A stretch of 64,000 nt of DNA, from positions 8,013 to 72,012 of the forward strand of contig CBFDBJ010000003.1 of NCBI GenBank assembly GCA_965603015.1. The letters run 5' to 3'. Of the stretch, positions 42,122 to 52,178 are shown piece by piece (position 1 is the first letter of the stretch; every line of letters starts with the position of its first letter). The stretch is from an uncultured Alphaproteobacteria bacterium (GTDB lineage Bacteria > Pseudomonadota > Alphaproteobacteria > M2410). A program made the translations under genes and the position numbers. The notes under the pieces are model-generated. The model saw only the letters and a program-made list of their open reading frames with translations. It had not been told where the DNA came from and ran no database searches.

Positions 42122-43129
42122 ATGATGACCACAGGGCTCACCACTATGTCGCGCGGTAGAATTATTGGCGTGTCCACCGCGATTAGTCTCGTTACGCTGA
42201 TCGCCCTCCTCCTCTATAGTGACCTGGGCGTCTTGCGAGGCATTTTCCTGCAAGCCGATCTGTATTATTTTTTATTATGTGTTGCAGCCTACCTGGCGAT
42301 TGTTTTCTTCAGGGCCTGCCGGCTCCGGGTACTATTGCCTGCAGAGTCTCGCACGTCCCTGGCGTCCTGCTTTCAGCTCATTCTGGGTCATCAGATGATT
42401 TTTGCCATTGCCCCGGGGGGCCTGGGCGACCTCGCCTTTCCAGCGATGGCCAAAGTGCAGCTCAAGATTGGATGGCAGGAGGCGCTCAACAATCTCCTCA
42501 CCGTGCGTATTCAGGATTTTCTTTTCTTGAGTGTCATAGCGGGCATCAGCGCCGTGATTATGCTGACCGAGATCGGCGCCACAGTATCACTCCTGTTGCT
42601 CATTTCAGGAAGCATAATCTGCATACTGATATCAACACTGACGCCCGTCGCGTCAATGCTTCTGAACACTGTGATCCCCTGGGTGCAGAATAAATCACAT
42701 CAAATTCGAGCAAAGTTTCATTTGCCCGTAGATGCGCGCGAGAACACCTTTGTCAGCATCGACCATATTTCCGCCACCGCCCGCGCCCTTTCCATGGGCT
42801 TTACCGTCCTGTCATGGTTCGCAGCGGCACTTATGTTATGGATGGCGTTCTTGACCTTCGGCTTTGAGATCGCCGAATTTCACATCCTTATCCTTTTGCT
42901 CGGCCTCAATCTGATTGGAGCCGCCGCGATCTTCACAATAGGAGGAATGGGGATTGCCGAGGCGGGCCTGGCCGGCCTCCTCGTTGCCCTGGGCTATGAC
43001 AAGAGCAGCGCAATTCCTGTCGCTATGCTGGTCAGGCCAATGATTCTTTTCATTACACTCGGATTTGGAGGCGGCTACATTCCCCGCCTGCTAACCCTCA
43101 CCAAACTGCCAGACCGAAACCCTGAATAA
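42122..43129 (+). CDS. flippase-like membrane protein (lysylphosphatidylglycerol-synthase TM region / UPF0104 family)
   Basis: 335 aa, about 8 TM. Pattern typical of the YbhN/MprF-flippase-domain family. Confidence 0.55.
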   Translation: MMTTGLTTMSRGRIIGVSTAISLVTLIALLLYSDLGVLRGIFLQADLYYFLLCVAAYLAIVFFRACRLRVLLPAESRTSLASCFQLILGHQMIFAIAPGGLGDLAFPAMAKVQLKIGWQEALNNLLTVRIQDFLFLSVIAGISAVIMLTEIGATVSLLLLISGSIICILISTLTPVASMLLNTVIPWVQNKSHQIRAKFHLPVDARENTFVSIDHISATARALSMGFTVLSWFAAALMLWMAFLTFGFEIAEFHILILLLGLNLIGAAAIFTIGGMGIAEAGLAGLLVALGYDKSSAIPVAMLVRPMILFITLGFGGGYIPRLLTLTKLPDRNPE

Positions 43130-43771
43130 GGGCAAAGACAATGGCAGAGATGCACCCGAAACCAACGTGAACAGCTCCTTCACCTCTCGCTCGATCGCAT
43201 AGATGTTGGTCTCGTGATAATGGCCGTCAAAGCCGGCGATCTTGCGCCCCAGGCGATACAGCATGTTTTCTGTCGGTCCGGAGATGACGAGGAGCCCACC
43301 AGGCTTCAAGGCCGTTCTTAATTTGACAAGTATCTCCACAAAATTGCTGTTGTGCTCAAGAGAGTCCAACGCAAATATCAGGTCATAGTGCGCCGCGGGC
43401 AAGTGCTCCAGGTTTTGCTCATGCGCATCGGGAATTTGCTTTGCCAGGAAGTTTCGGGCCACAGCCTCTTCTTCGACAAAATGATACTCCCAGTTACCTG
43501 TCAGATGCGCCAGTTCTCCAACTGATGCACCAAAGTCCAGAACCGAAAGGCTCCGATTATTGCTACCTTCAGGGGGGTTGTTTCGCAGGCCGGTTTTCGC
43601 CATTGCCACGGCTTTGAACAACCGCCACCAGCTGACATAGGCTGCCAGGATATTTGGATGGCAATAAGACGGAACACAGGTTTCTTCCCATTCTTCAAAG
43701 TGGCCTTTTACATTAATGGCGTTGGCAAGCACCTTGCGTCTGTTTGATATGTGTCGGAACGCGCTAATCAT
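43091..43771 (-). CDS. class I SAM-dependent methyltransferase
   Basis: Motif I VLDFGASVGELAH. Motif post-I/II LVISGPTENMLYRLGRK. Start uncertain: the track ORF overlaps the GT2 gene by 56 bp, and an internal Met (MISAFRH) lies at about 43771. Confidence 0.65.
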   Translation of the reverse strand: MISAFRHISNRRKVLANAINVKGHFEEWEETCVPSYCHPNILAAYVSWWRLFKAVAMAKTGLRNNPPEGSNNRSLSVLDFGASVGELAHLTGNWEYHFVEEEAVARNFLAKQIPDAHEQNLEHLPAAHYDLIFALDSLEHNSNFVEILVKLRTALKPGGLLVISGPTENMLYRLGRKIAGFDGHYHETNIYAIEREVKELFTLVSGASLPLSLPLFRVSVWQFGEG

Positions 43772-43814
43772 TTGCTCTCTCACTTCATCCTGTTCGTATG
43801 GCTCTCGCCGGGTC

Positions 43815-44780
43815 TCAGAGTTTTCGCAGATCTTTGTGGATTGGCCTGGACGGTAAATTGGAAATGTCAAAATTCAGAAAATTGAACAACATTTGAATAC
43901 CAACCAGGAATGGCAAGGCAGCAAGCATCACTGTTCCCGTTGTCGCGGTTACGCCAGTTTCAATAGACTGCCCCCAGGCCGTCACACCGACCACCAGTCC
44001 AAACAAAGTCAGGCACGTTCCGGTTATGATCGATATCGAGGCAATCGAAAAGCCACGCAGGAAATAGTTATACATCAGTCGTTTCAGGAAGTTCCGGGCA
44101 TGCAGGAACGGGAACGTCATCAATACCTTGAATTCACTCATGTTGCTGGTCTCTTCGGCATAGACACTCACCATGGGGATCTCCACAACCTTGCCTCTGA
44201 CAATCGCCATTCGGAACAAGATATCGGATTCAAAGAAATACCGATCATTTAACTTGTTCAACTCCAGTTCATTGGCCACTGCGGCATGGATCGCGGTGAA
44301 CCCATTGACCGGGTCGAACAGATCCCAGTAGCCGGTTGACAATTTTGTCAGAAAAGACAGCGCAATATTGCCCAACATTCTGGATCGGGGAATCTGCTTG
44401 ATGGACGCCATATTGAAAAAGCGATTGCCCTTTACATAGTCTGCTTCGCCCTGAAGAATGGGGGCAATCAGATCGGGGATAATGGCCGGGTCCATCTGCC
44501 CATCACCATCCAATTTCACAATTACATCCATGCTGTCGTCGATTGCCGCCTGATAACCGGTTTTTGTCGCGCCTCCCACTCCGGTATTCACGGTGTGATG
44601 AACGACCGTGACACGGGGGTCCGTGGTGGCAAGGCGATCAAGGATCGACCCCGTTTCACCGGGACACGCATCATTAACACAATATATCCGGACGACTTCA
44701 TCACCGATGCGATTGACCACATCAGCAATGCTGTCAGATACCTTGAAACACGGAATGACAACTGCAACTTTCGCCTTCAT
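43815..44780 (-). CDS. GT2 polyprenyl-phosphate glycosyltransferase (GtrB/ArnC/DPM1-like) with C-terminal TM anchor
   Basis: VVIPCFKVSDSI...VNDACPGET N-terminal GT-A pattern. DGD motif in KLDGDGQMD. Two C-terminal TM helices. Confidence 0.8.
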   Translation of the reverse strand: MKAKVAVVIPCFKVSDSIADVVNRIGDEVVRIYCVNDACPGETGSILDRLATTDPRVTVVHHTVNTGVGGATKTGYQAAIDDSMDVIVKLDGDGQMDPAIIPDLIAPILQGEADYVKGNRFFNMASIKQIPRSRMLGNIALSFLTKLSTGYWDLFDPVNGFTAIHAAVANELELNKLNDRYFFESDILFRMAIVRGKVVEIPMVSVYAEETSNMSEFKVLMTFPFLHARNFLKRLMYNYFLRGFSIASISIITGTCLTLFGLVVGVTAWGQSIETGVTATTGTVMLAALPFLVGIQMLFNFLNFDISNLPSRPIHKDLRKL

Positions 44781-46339
44781 TGAATGTCCTCACCAAATTC
44801 CTGCTCATCCGCTTGAACATAAAAATCAAACCCTTCAACGCTGCTCACTTTCCTGTACTTTTCCCAGAGCTCGGCAAATTTCAAATCCTCGCTATAAAAG
44901 GCCGTAAAATCAAATGGCCGATCAGCGATTGCATGCTGCACCTTGCGCCGGTCTACCAAAACCAGATGCGGAGAAAAGGTCTCGAGGGTCAGCATGACCT
45001 CCGATCGGGCAAACTTTTCCAGCCCTTCGTCCCGCACGTGTCTGTCTGTCCTCGACTTGACGATGGCAGGGATAGCCATGTGGCTGTTGCTTCTTCCCAC
45101 CCATCGGGCGCTCACCACTAAGGCCGTTGGAAAGCCGGGGAACGGGTGCGTTGAAAAGGCTGTGAAGGTGCGGTTCGCAGCAAGCTTCTCTACTTCAGCT
45201 GAAATTCGGGTTTGCCGCAGCTGCAGCGGGCCTGCCTCGCCGGTCTCCCGGATTGACCAGAGTGCCGCGGGCAGGCCAAACCCGACGAAGAGCATGAGCA
45301 GGATCAAATAGAGGATGCTCCGTGACGCTCTCGGCCTTATCACGCTGGATTGAAAGCTCCGGTCCGGCGCATTCGCTGTCGCCAGAATGCCAATGGCAAC
45401 CGTCACGTAGACCGGGAACACATGATAGGTATATCCCTTGGACTGCCACAGAAAACTGAAGGCAAATCCCAGTGCAACAATCAGCAAAATGACCTGCTCC
45501 GAGGACAGGCGGAACCGGTTTACCGAAAGGATCGCAACCCAGGCCAGCAGAGCCAAAAACAGGGACTTGTAGGCGCCGATAATATCCATCTTCGCTTCAT
45601 TGAAGCCCCAGTAAAGATCCGTAATAAGAGGAATAACCTCAGTCAAATAGGCCGGGGCAAAAAGCACTGTGCTGGTCAGAGCTATAATTATTGATACGGC
45701 CAGGGCGTAATACTCAATCCAGGTGAACACCTTCAGGCCGGACCTGTACAACGAGTACAAGCCCATCACTGCGGGAATGAATAACAAGTAGGGCTTTAAC
45801 AGGATACCGATTGCAGCCAGTATACCAGCGGTAATGGCTGATACAGCGCCCGGCGTGAGACCGCGCAACCGCACGATGTTAGTGGAGGCAAAGACGAGAA
45901 TACAAAAGAGGGATATGTATTCGCGCTGCCCAAAATCCCGCCAGGCGAAGGCAAAACAAAAGAAGGCGATACAGCCGACCACTTGCCAGGCCAAAAGACA
46001 GTCTTCCTTGCGCCTTGTCATATTCAGATTGACGTAAATTTGGTACAGGCCTGCTGTGGCGCCAAGCAGAATAGCGACGCGGTAAACCTCATAGGACGGT
46101 CGTCCAAGACCCTGGGCCAACCACACAACAGGGAGGTTCAAAAACCAGATAAACGGCGGATTTGGCTCTATGATATCCCGGCCATAGACGGCGCCTTGTG
46201 TCATCCTCTCGGCGCCAAACAAAATCCATCCGATATCATGATTGATGGGAACGTTGAATTGAACCAGTGTGCACACTAATATGCTGAGCAGCACTGCAAA
46301 CACTCGCCAGTACGGGTCCACCCTCATTAAGAATGTCAT
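44777..46339 (-). CDS. GT-C superfamily polytopic membrane glycosyltransferase (ArnT/PMT/Gtr-type-specific-like)
   Basis: About 12 TM helices followed by a C-terminal soluble domain. The 4-bp ATGA overlap with the GT2 gene suggests translational coupling. Start is either at 46384 (track) or at MTFLM about 46339. Confidence 0.6.
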   Translation of the reverse strand: MTFLMRVDPYWRVFAVLLSILVCTLVQFNVPINHDIGWILFGAERMTQGAVYGRDIIEPNPPFIWFLNLPVVWLAQGLGRPSYEVYRVAILLGATAGLYQIYVNLNMTRRKEDCLLAWQVVGCIAFFCFAFAWRDFGQREYISLFCILVFASTNIVRLRGLTPGAVSAITAGILAAIGILLKPYLLFIPAVMGLYSLYRSGLKVFTWIEYYALAVSIIIALTSTVLFAPAYLTEVIPLITDLYWGFNEAKMDIIGAYKSLFLALLAWVAILSVNRFRLSSEQVILLIVALGFAFSFLWQSKGYTYHVFPVYVTVAIGILATANAPDRSFQSSVIRPRASRSILYLILLMLFVGFGLPAALWSIRETGEAGPLQLRQTRISAEVEKLAANRTFTAFSTHPFPGFPTALVVSARWVGRSNSHMAIPAIVKSRTDRHVRDEGLEKFARSEVMLTLETFSPHLVLVDRRKVQHAIADRPFDFTAFYSEDLKFAELWEKYRKVSSVEGFDFYVQADEQEFGEDIQ

Positions 46340-46350
46340 GCTGTACGCGT

Positions 46351-46572
46351 TCACTGGTCCGGCACCTTGCTGATCTGCGACCATGCGCGCAGCCGGTCAT
46401 CAGGATCTCGGTCTGCGCGGTCGGGACCTGCGGCGCACGACAAGTCCTCAGACGCATAACTGAAACGCTTGTGCAATTCCTCCAGCCCGTCTTCCTCGTT
46501 AAAAACAGGAATAAGGATGGAGAGCGTGTAGCTTTCCTTTTCTGCACTCTCGCAGCTGATCTCTTGTGTCAT
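46351..46572 (-). pseudogene. remnant N-terminal fragment of a GT2 glycosyltransferase
   Basis: MTQEISCESAEKESYTLSILIPVFNEEDGLEELHKRF matches the DPM1/GtrB-type N-terminus (SIVIPVYNEE...). It then degenerates and stops after 73 codons, overlapping the GT-C gene. Confidence 0.4.
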
Positions 46573-46776
46573 CGGGCGCGCATTGCTCTGCCGTGTTTAC
46601 AGTGCGCTAACCCTAGCTCAACAGCCTTTAATGACCGTTAAGCAACCCTCGAAACCCCGGAACCGGCATTAAGACTTTGATAATCTGCTCGATCCCCGGC
46701 CCCCCCGCACCTGACGGGACATCACGAAGAGCATAATTTCAGAAGTAAACGGGGAGCTTAGTGTGCCGGGCTGGCG

Positions 46777-46911
46777 TATCAGGCCAGCGCCAGAAAGCTG
46801 CCGACGGCAACGACGGCAACCGTTAGATAGCCGGCCACGAAGAGAAGGAAGGCTTCTCTGGTTTTTCCGGGCTTGCGCCCATTTTTCTGTTCGGAATTCG
46901 ATACGTGGGAC
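46777..46911 (-). CDS. possible 44-aa single-TM small protein
   Basis: ATG preceded by GAAGGAA. Reads MSHVSNSEQKNGRKPGKTREAFLLFVAGYLTVAVVAVGSFLALA then stop. Below the track size cutoff. Weak evidence. Confidence 0.2.
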
Positions 46912-47022
46912 ATGCATCATTCCTTCGACAAAAATAATTACCCCTGAATGCGAGAAGTCCTAGACCCTTGTGCCGGATCTGACAACCCTCAATCGAGCTA
47001 CATTTTTGTGAAAAACCCGATC

Positions 47023-47949
47023 TTAAAATCTGCCACCTTCGTGGAGCCAGCGCCGCAGATCCGCGGGAAGTTTTCTTGCGACTGCTTCTTCATAGAATGC
47101 AAGATCGTCACCTGAAAATGCGGTCTGCCATTTGCCGGATCCACCCTGGTTGAAGAAGCGGCTGTTGTCTTTCCAGCCACCCCAGTCGACGTCCGGCGCC
47201 ATCTGATCTGCAGCGCCCTTCATCGCGTCAAAGCGCGCGGCCTCAACCAGAGACGGCCAGACCTCCTCGTTCACGGCAACCCCGAGAACACCGGAAATTC
47301 GCCGCATTTCACCATCAAGATCACGCAGCAGATCGCCATAATGGACAAAGTGAATATTCGGCAGGGTACGGAACTTCCAGAAACTTGTGGCATGGGAAAA
47401 CAACGACCAGAAGGGCCAGCCGTCGTCCTCCCAGTCAAAGCAGCCGGTGGTGAGCCAGGCGCGCAGCATGGACGCAAGATCCGTTGGCATCTCGTCCAGC
47501 TCAACCCGCGAACGGGTCGAGTTCGCCTGGAGAACCTCGCCCGCCGCATCGTTGGAATTGTCCATGTGATTGAGCATGGACATAAAAATATCGCGCGGAT
47601 CACGGGCAACGAAAAGATAGGTCGCTGCGCGGCGATACGGCAGACCGTCGAGCGGGGTATGGCTCTTGATGAAGCGCCGGTGGGTTTGTGCCTCGTAGTC
47701 GGCGCGTAACTTCTCGATTGGTTGCCCGTTAATCTCGAGCCAGGGCGAATAGGTCGTCAGCGGCTGTTCCAGCTCCGGCGTCTGGAACACCAGCAGCGAA
47801 CAGATGCGCTGCATCCACGTGGTACCGGCCTTGTAGGCGGTACAGATCAGGATATCGTCATCACGATGTTTGAAACCCTCCCATCTGGCAGAATTCCAGA
47901 TGAAATGCTCATAGTGACGCGTCAGCTCAGGCAGATGCTCATCAGCCAT
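47023..47949 (-). CDS. PAPS-dependent sulfotransferase family protein
   Basis: 5-prime-PSB motif ICTAYKAGTTWMQRI. 3-prime-PB region RDPRDIFMS. 308 aa. Confidence 0.75.
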   Translation of the reverse strand: MADEHLPELTRHYEHFIWNSARWEGFKHRDDDILICTAYKAGTTWMQRICSLLVFQTPELEQPLTTYSPWLEINGQPIEKLRADYEAQTHRRFIKSHTPLDGLPYRRAATYLFVARDPRDIFMSMLNHMDNSNDAAGEVLQANSTRSRVELDEMPTDLASMLRAWLTTGCFDWEDDGWPFWSLFSHATSFWKFRTLPNIHFVHYGDLLRDLDGEMRRISGVLGVAVNEEVWPSLVEAARFDAMKGAADQMAPDVDWGGWKDNSRFFNQGGSGKWQTAFSGDDLAFYEEAVARKLPADLRRWLHEGGRF

Positions 47950-48123
47950 TGTCAGACATCCTCCCCTGGATTCTCTTGCTTGAGTTCGGAGGGATTAAAT
48001 AGATGGTTTCTCGCCGGATCAAGCATCACCATCAAGCATCTCTGTCAGGCGGTGGATCAGTCGTCGATTGACGGGTCGGCGATATTTTGATATTTGTCGA
48101 AATATGAACAGGGAGCGAAGCGC

Positions 48124-49428
48124 ATGAACGAAGAAAATCCTGAAATCACTAGCGCCGCGGAAGACTGCGACTGCAAGGAGGGCATGTTTCCCGATCCGGG
48201 CAGGCGGGCGCTCTTGCTCGGTGGCGCGGCTCTGGCGGGGACCGGATTGCTCGCTGGCAGGGCCGGGGCACAAGCGGCTCAGGGCGCATCGCAGCACGCG
48301 GTACTTGATGATCCAACGAGCCAGCCCGGCCCCGCATCCGGTGGCGGCTATGGCCTGCGCTCACAGTTTGAGACCGTATCGCGCTGGGAATTTCCCCTGC
48401 CCCAACCAGGTGTGTCCGGTTCCTTCACACCACTGGCCGGCACCCATGGCACGATCACGCCCTCGGGGCTTCACTATGAGGTCCACCGAGGCGGTGTGCC
48501 GACGATTGATCGGGCGCGGCACAGGCTCTTGATCCATGGCAAGGTGAAGCGCGCCAAAGTTTTCACCATGGCTGATCTCTATCGTTTTCCCTCCGTCACA
48601 CGCACCGCGTTTCTTGAGTGCGCTGGCAATGGCGGTATGGAATATGCGCGGCCCAGCATGCCACATGTTCAGGGCACGCATGGATTAACCTCCAATTCTG
48701 AATGGACCGGTGTTGCACTCTCGACCCTGCTGCGCGAAGTCGGTCTTGACGATGGCGCAGAGTGGCTTTTGGGCGAGGGTTCGGACGCTGGCATGCACAC
48801 CCGCTCGATCCCGATCGACAAGGCGATGGACGATGCGATCCTGGCCTATGCGCAGAACGGCGAGGCGATCCGCCCGGAACAGGGTTATCCGCTGCGTCTC
48901 CTTCTGCCCGGCTTTGAAGGCAATATGTCGATCAAATGGCTGCGCCGCCTTGACGTGACCGACAAGCCGAGCTTCACCCGGCCAGAGGTTACCACCTATG
49001 CCGACACGCTGGCGGACGGGACAACACGCTATTTCACCTGGGAGATGGAAGCCAAGTCCGTCATCACCTTTCCGTCTGGCACCATGAAGCTGCCGATCCC
49101 TGGCACCTACGAGGTTACCGGCCTTGCCTGGTCCGGTCGCGGCAAGATAACCGGCGTTGAAATATCTACCGACGGCGGCAAGACATGGGGGCAGGCAAAT
49201 CTTGTCGCGCCGGTCCTGTCCATGGCCCACACGCGCTTTACCTTCGGCTGGCGCTGGGATGGCAAGCCCGCCGTCCTGCAATCGCGCGCCACAGACGAGA
49301 CCGGTTATGTGCAACCGACCATCAAGGCGCTGGTTGATGTGCGCGGGGTCAATTCGAAAGACCACAATAACGGCATCCAGAGCTGGGCCATCGACGCAGA
49401 AGGGAATGTGACCAATGTTCATGCCTGA
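48124..49428 (+). CDS. sorA: sulfite dehydrogenase molybdopterin subunit (sulfite oxidase family, Tat-exported)
   Basis: Tat motif RRALLLGGAALAG. Moco-Cys motif FLECAGNGG. C-terminal dimerisation domain. Start chosen at ATG 48124 after GGGAG. Confidence 0.8.
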   Translation: MNEENPEITSAAEDCDCKEGMFPDPGRRALLLGGAALAGTGLLAGRAGAQAAQGASQHAVLDDPTSQPGPASGGGYGLRSQFETVSRWEFPLPQPGVSGSFTPLAGTHGTITPSGLHYEVHRGGVPTIDRARHRLLIHGKVKRAKVFTMADLYRFPSVTRTAFLECAGNGGMEYARPSMPHVQGTHGLTSNSEWTGVALSTLLREVGLDDGAEWLLGEGSDAGMHTRSIPIDKAMDDAILAYAQNGEAIRPEQGYPLRLLLPGFEGNMSIKWLRRLDVTDKPSFTRPEVTTYADTLADGTTRYFTWEMEAKSVITFPSGTMKLPIPGTYEVTGLAWSGRGKITGVEISTDGGKTWGQANLVAPVLSMAHTRFTFGWRWDGKPAVLQSRATDETGYVQPTIKALVDVRGVNSKDHNNGIQSWAIDAEGNVTNVHA

Positions 49429-49954
49429 GAACAAAATCCGGACAAGCCTTCTGTGCGGGCTTTTACTTGCGGCTTGCAATCCCGACAGCAACGCCCGGAC
49501 CGGCGAGCAATTTCCGGAGCTTGGCAGCCCGGCGCCGCATGCGTTGATCGAGGCCTGGGATCGGGATGTGCGCTATGACGGCGCCGGACTGCCGCCGGGC
49601 GAAGGCACATACGATCAGGGGGCCCGGGTCTATGCCAAACACTGCACCGCCTGTCACGGCGAGGCGCTGCGCGGCGTCGAAGGTGTTCAGGGTGGGCCGC
49701 TGATCGGGGAGGGTCCGACCGTGACACAGCACTGGCCCTACGCGCCGACCTTCTTTGACTACGTGCGCCGCGCCATGCCGTTCAACGCGCCGAACTCGCT
49801 TGCCGATGACCAGATCTATGCGCTTGCTGCCTATATCTTCGCCGAGGGCGGTATTTACCCGGCAGACAAGCCGATGAATGCGGCGGCGCTGACGGCAATG
49901 GAAATGCCAAACCGTGATAATTTCGTGCCCGACCCGAGGCCGGATGTGAAGTGA
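49415..49954 (+). CDS. sorB: sulfite dehydrogenase cytochrome c subunit
   Basis: Signal peptide. Single heme motif KHCTACHGE. Start overlaps the sorA stop. Confidence 0.75.
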   Translation: MFMPENKIRTSLLCGLLLAACNPDSNARTGEQFPELGSPAPHALIEAWDRDVRYDGAGLPPGEGTYDQGARVYAKHCTACHGEALRGVEGVQGGPLIGEGPTVTQHWPYAPTFFDYVRRAMPFNAPNSLADDQIYALAAYIFAEGGIYPADKPMNAAALTAMEMPNRDNFVPDPRPDVK

Positions 49955-50002
49955 TGCGGCACCCTTCCCGGGCGAACGATCATCTGACCGCGCCCGGCCC
50001 CG

Positions 50003-51400
50003 TCAAGACCCGGCCCGACTAAAGGCAAGAGTGACCGTCGTGCCTTTGCCGACTTCGGAGGCCAGCGTTACAGTGCCGCCGTGCAGATCCATCAAACCCT
50101 TGACCATGGAGAGCCCCAGCCCTGTGCCCTGGCGTTGACCACGATAACTGTTGTCGACCTGCTGAAAGGGCATAAAGAGATTCTTTTGAACCTCTTCGGG
50201 GATGCCTTCGCCCTCATCAGCGATGGCGATATAGACAAACTCTTCGTCCTGACGACAGGCTATATCGAGCTTCTTGTCCTCGGGAGAATATTTAATCGCG
50301 TTGGAAAACAGGTTGAAAAAGATCTGGCGCGCCGCGCGCTCGTCAACTTCTACATGCCCAACGGTATCGGCACCACTGATCGACACATCAAAACCTTCTT
50401 TGCTGATGTCGCTGTCGAGCAACCGCAGACTGGTGCGCATGACGTCCGGAATCGCAAGGGGCTGAGTGTGCAGCTCAAGCTGACCGGATTCAATTTTGGC
50501 CAGGTCGAGAACGTCGTTGAGGATGGACAATAGATGGTGGCCACTATCATGAATATTGGTAATAAAATTGATATTTTGCGGTCTGGGCAGGTCTTCTGCC
50601 CTGGTTCCAGCCAGGATCTCCGAAAACCCGATGATGGCATTCAGGGGCGTGCGTAGCTCATGGCTCATATTCGCCAGGAATGCGGATTTGGCCTTGTTGG
50701 CGCGAACCTCATCATCGCGAACCGCACGAACTTCGTCGCCAAGCATTTCATGATTGATCCGAAGCATCACATGACGACGGTATCTTTCGTTCAACTGCTG
50801 ACAGATAATGATGAGCCACAGAATAAAAGGAATAGAAAGACCAAAAGTGAGGACACTCATTGGCGTGGGGTAGATGGCAAACAGGGCAAGAACGGTCAGG
50901 AAGGGCGGTATTGCGGTTACAATGAAGTGAGAGCGCAAGTTGGAATACTGAACGACGCCGGTGAACAAATATCCAAACAGCATGATCTCAAGAAAGAGAT
51001 TGTTTACCAGATCGCCTGGCACCCACATCAAGACAGAAACATAGGACCAGGTGAGCCCCGCCAGGAGCTGGTTCACCAAAAATAGTCTGTGCCATTTGTC
51101 AGAGTTCGGGCTTTTTTCTTCAAAGTATACGCGTGCCGCCAGGAATGAAACTCCCGAACAGATCATGACCGCCGCCAGTGCGAACAGACTGTTGCGCAGG
51201 GGAACCGCACCCAAAATACTGGAAACATGCGCCAGAAGGGTGACTATACCCCCCCAGATCAGCATACCGGTCGCGCTGGTTCGGTAGGACCCGGCCGTTG
51301 TCCCAACCTGCTCGGCAAAAAGACGGTCACACATTGCCGACCCCTCTGCATCGCAGGTCACACCAGGCGTTTTGTGATTTCCTGAAAGTTCCCCAACCAC
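50003..51400 (-). CDS. membrane sensor histidine kinase
   Basis: Six N-terminal TM helices. H-box MSHELRTPLNAIIGFSEIL. N/G-boxes GTGLGLSMVKGLMDLHGG. Confidence 0.85.
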   Translation of the reverse strand: MVGELSGNHKTPGVTCDAEGSAMCDRLFAEQVGTTAGSYRTSATGMLIWGGIVTLLAHVSSILGAVPLRNSLFALAAVMICSGVSFLAARVYFEEKSPNSDKWHRLFLVNQLLAGLTWSYVSVLMWVPGDLVNNLFLEIMLFGYLFTGVVQYSNLRSHFIVTAIPPFLTVLALFAIYPTPMSVLTFGLSIPFILWLIIICQQLNERYRRHVMLRINHEMLGDEVRAVRDDEVRANKAKSAFLANMSHELRTPLNAIIGFSEILAGTRAEDLPRPQNINFITNIHDSGHHLLSILNDVLDLAKIESGQLELHTQPLAIPDVMRTSLRLLDSDISKEGFDVSISGADTVGHVEVDERAARQIFFNLFSNAIKYSPEDKKLDIACRQDEEFVYIAIADEGEGIPEEVQKNLFMPFQQVDNSYRGQRQGTGLGLSMVKGLMDLHGGTVTLASEVGKGTTVTLAFSRAGS

Positions 51401-51518
51401 TCAAACACATGCCCTGTCTTGAACTTTACTATTGAGCCCCTTCAACAGCACCGACTATTAAGACAATCCGGTAAAGGATGTGTTGCGAAAGAGCCTGGAT
51501 ACACCCCTGGCCCGTGGA

Positions 51519-52178
51519 TCAGGCAAAACGCTCACCCCATGTGTCAGCAAAGAAGAGCTCGGCAACAGGCTTTCGCGCGACAGGTCCATGGCCCTTGCCG
51601 ACAGGATAGCCGAGCGGGATCATGGCGGCGGTGCCCCAACCCTCAGGGATGCCGAGCAGTGTCTTCACGGCGTCCTCTTCCATGCACAGCAATGTGGTCA
51701 GGACACAGCCGAGCCCCTCGGCGCGGGCGGCGAGGAGAAGGTTTTCCACCGCCGGGTAGATCGAGCCGCCGCCGACGACCGAGACACGGTCCAGCCCGGC
51801 ATCGGTCACGGCCATATAGTCCGGATTAAAGCAGACGACGACCAGAACCGGCAACGCCTTCATATGGTCTGCCAGATGATCGCCTGCGGCCAACGTTCGT
51901 TCTTCTTTTGCTCGCTCTTCATCAGACAAACGGGACGACCCCTTCCTGTGCATCGCCGCGTAGTCGTTCCATCTTGCCTTGTAGAGCTCGCCGAGGCGGG
52001 TCTTTGCGACTGTGTCTGTCACGGCAATCATGCGCCACGGCTGCCGATTGCCGCCGGTCGGGGCGAAGGTCGCGGCCTCAAAAACCCTCGTCAGCACGTC
52101 GTTCGGGATCGGATCCGGCCGTAGCTTGCGGACTGCCCTCATCGTGCTCATGGCTTCGTACAGTTTCATATCGCTCAT
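51519..52178 (-). CDS. nitroreductase family protein
   Basis: MRAVRKLRPDPIPNDVLTRVFEAATFAPTGGNRQPWRMIAV. Start at the internal ATG (MSDMKLY). Confidence 0.8.
   Translation of the reverse strand: MSDMKLYEAMSTMRAVRKLRPDPIPNDVLTRVFEAATFAPTGGNRQPWRMIAVTDTVAKTRLGELYKARWNDYAAMHRKGSSRLSDEERAKEERTLAAGDHLADHMKALPVLVVVCFNPDYMAVTDAGLDRVSVVGGGSIYPAVENLLLAARAEGLGCVLTTLLCMEEDAVKTLLGIPEGWGTAAMIPLGYPVGKGHGPVARKPVAELFFADTWGERFA

Noticed and set aside
46640-46720. Possible degenerate REP fragment (gatccccggcccccccgcacctgacgggacatcac)
   Set aside because: Only partial resemblance to REP termini, and no second arm. Not called.
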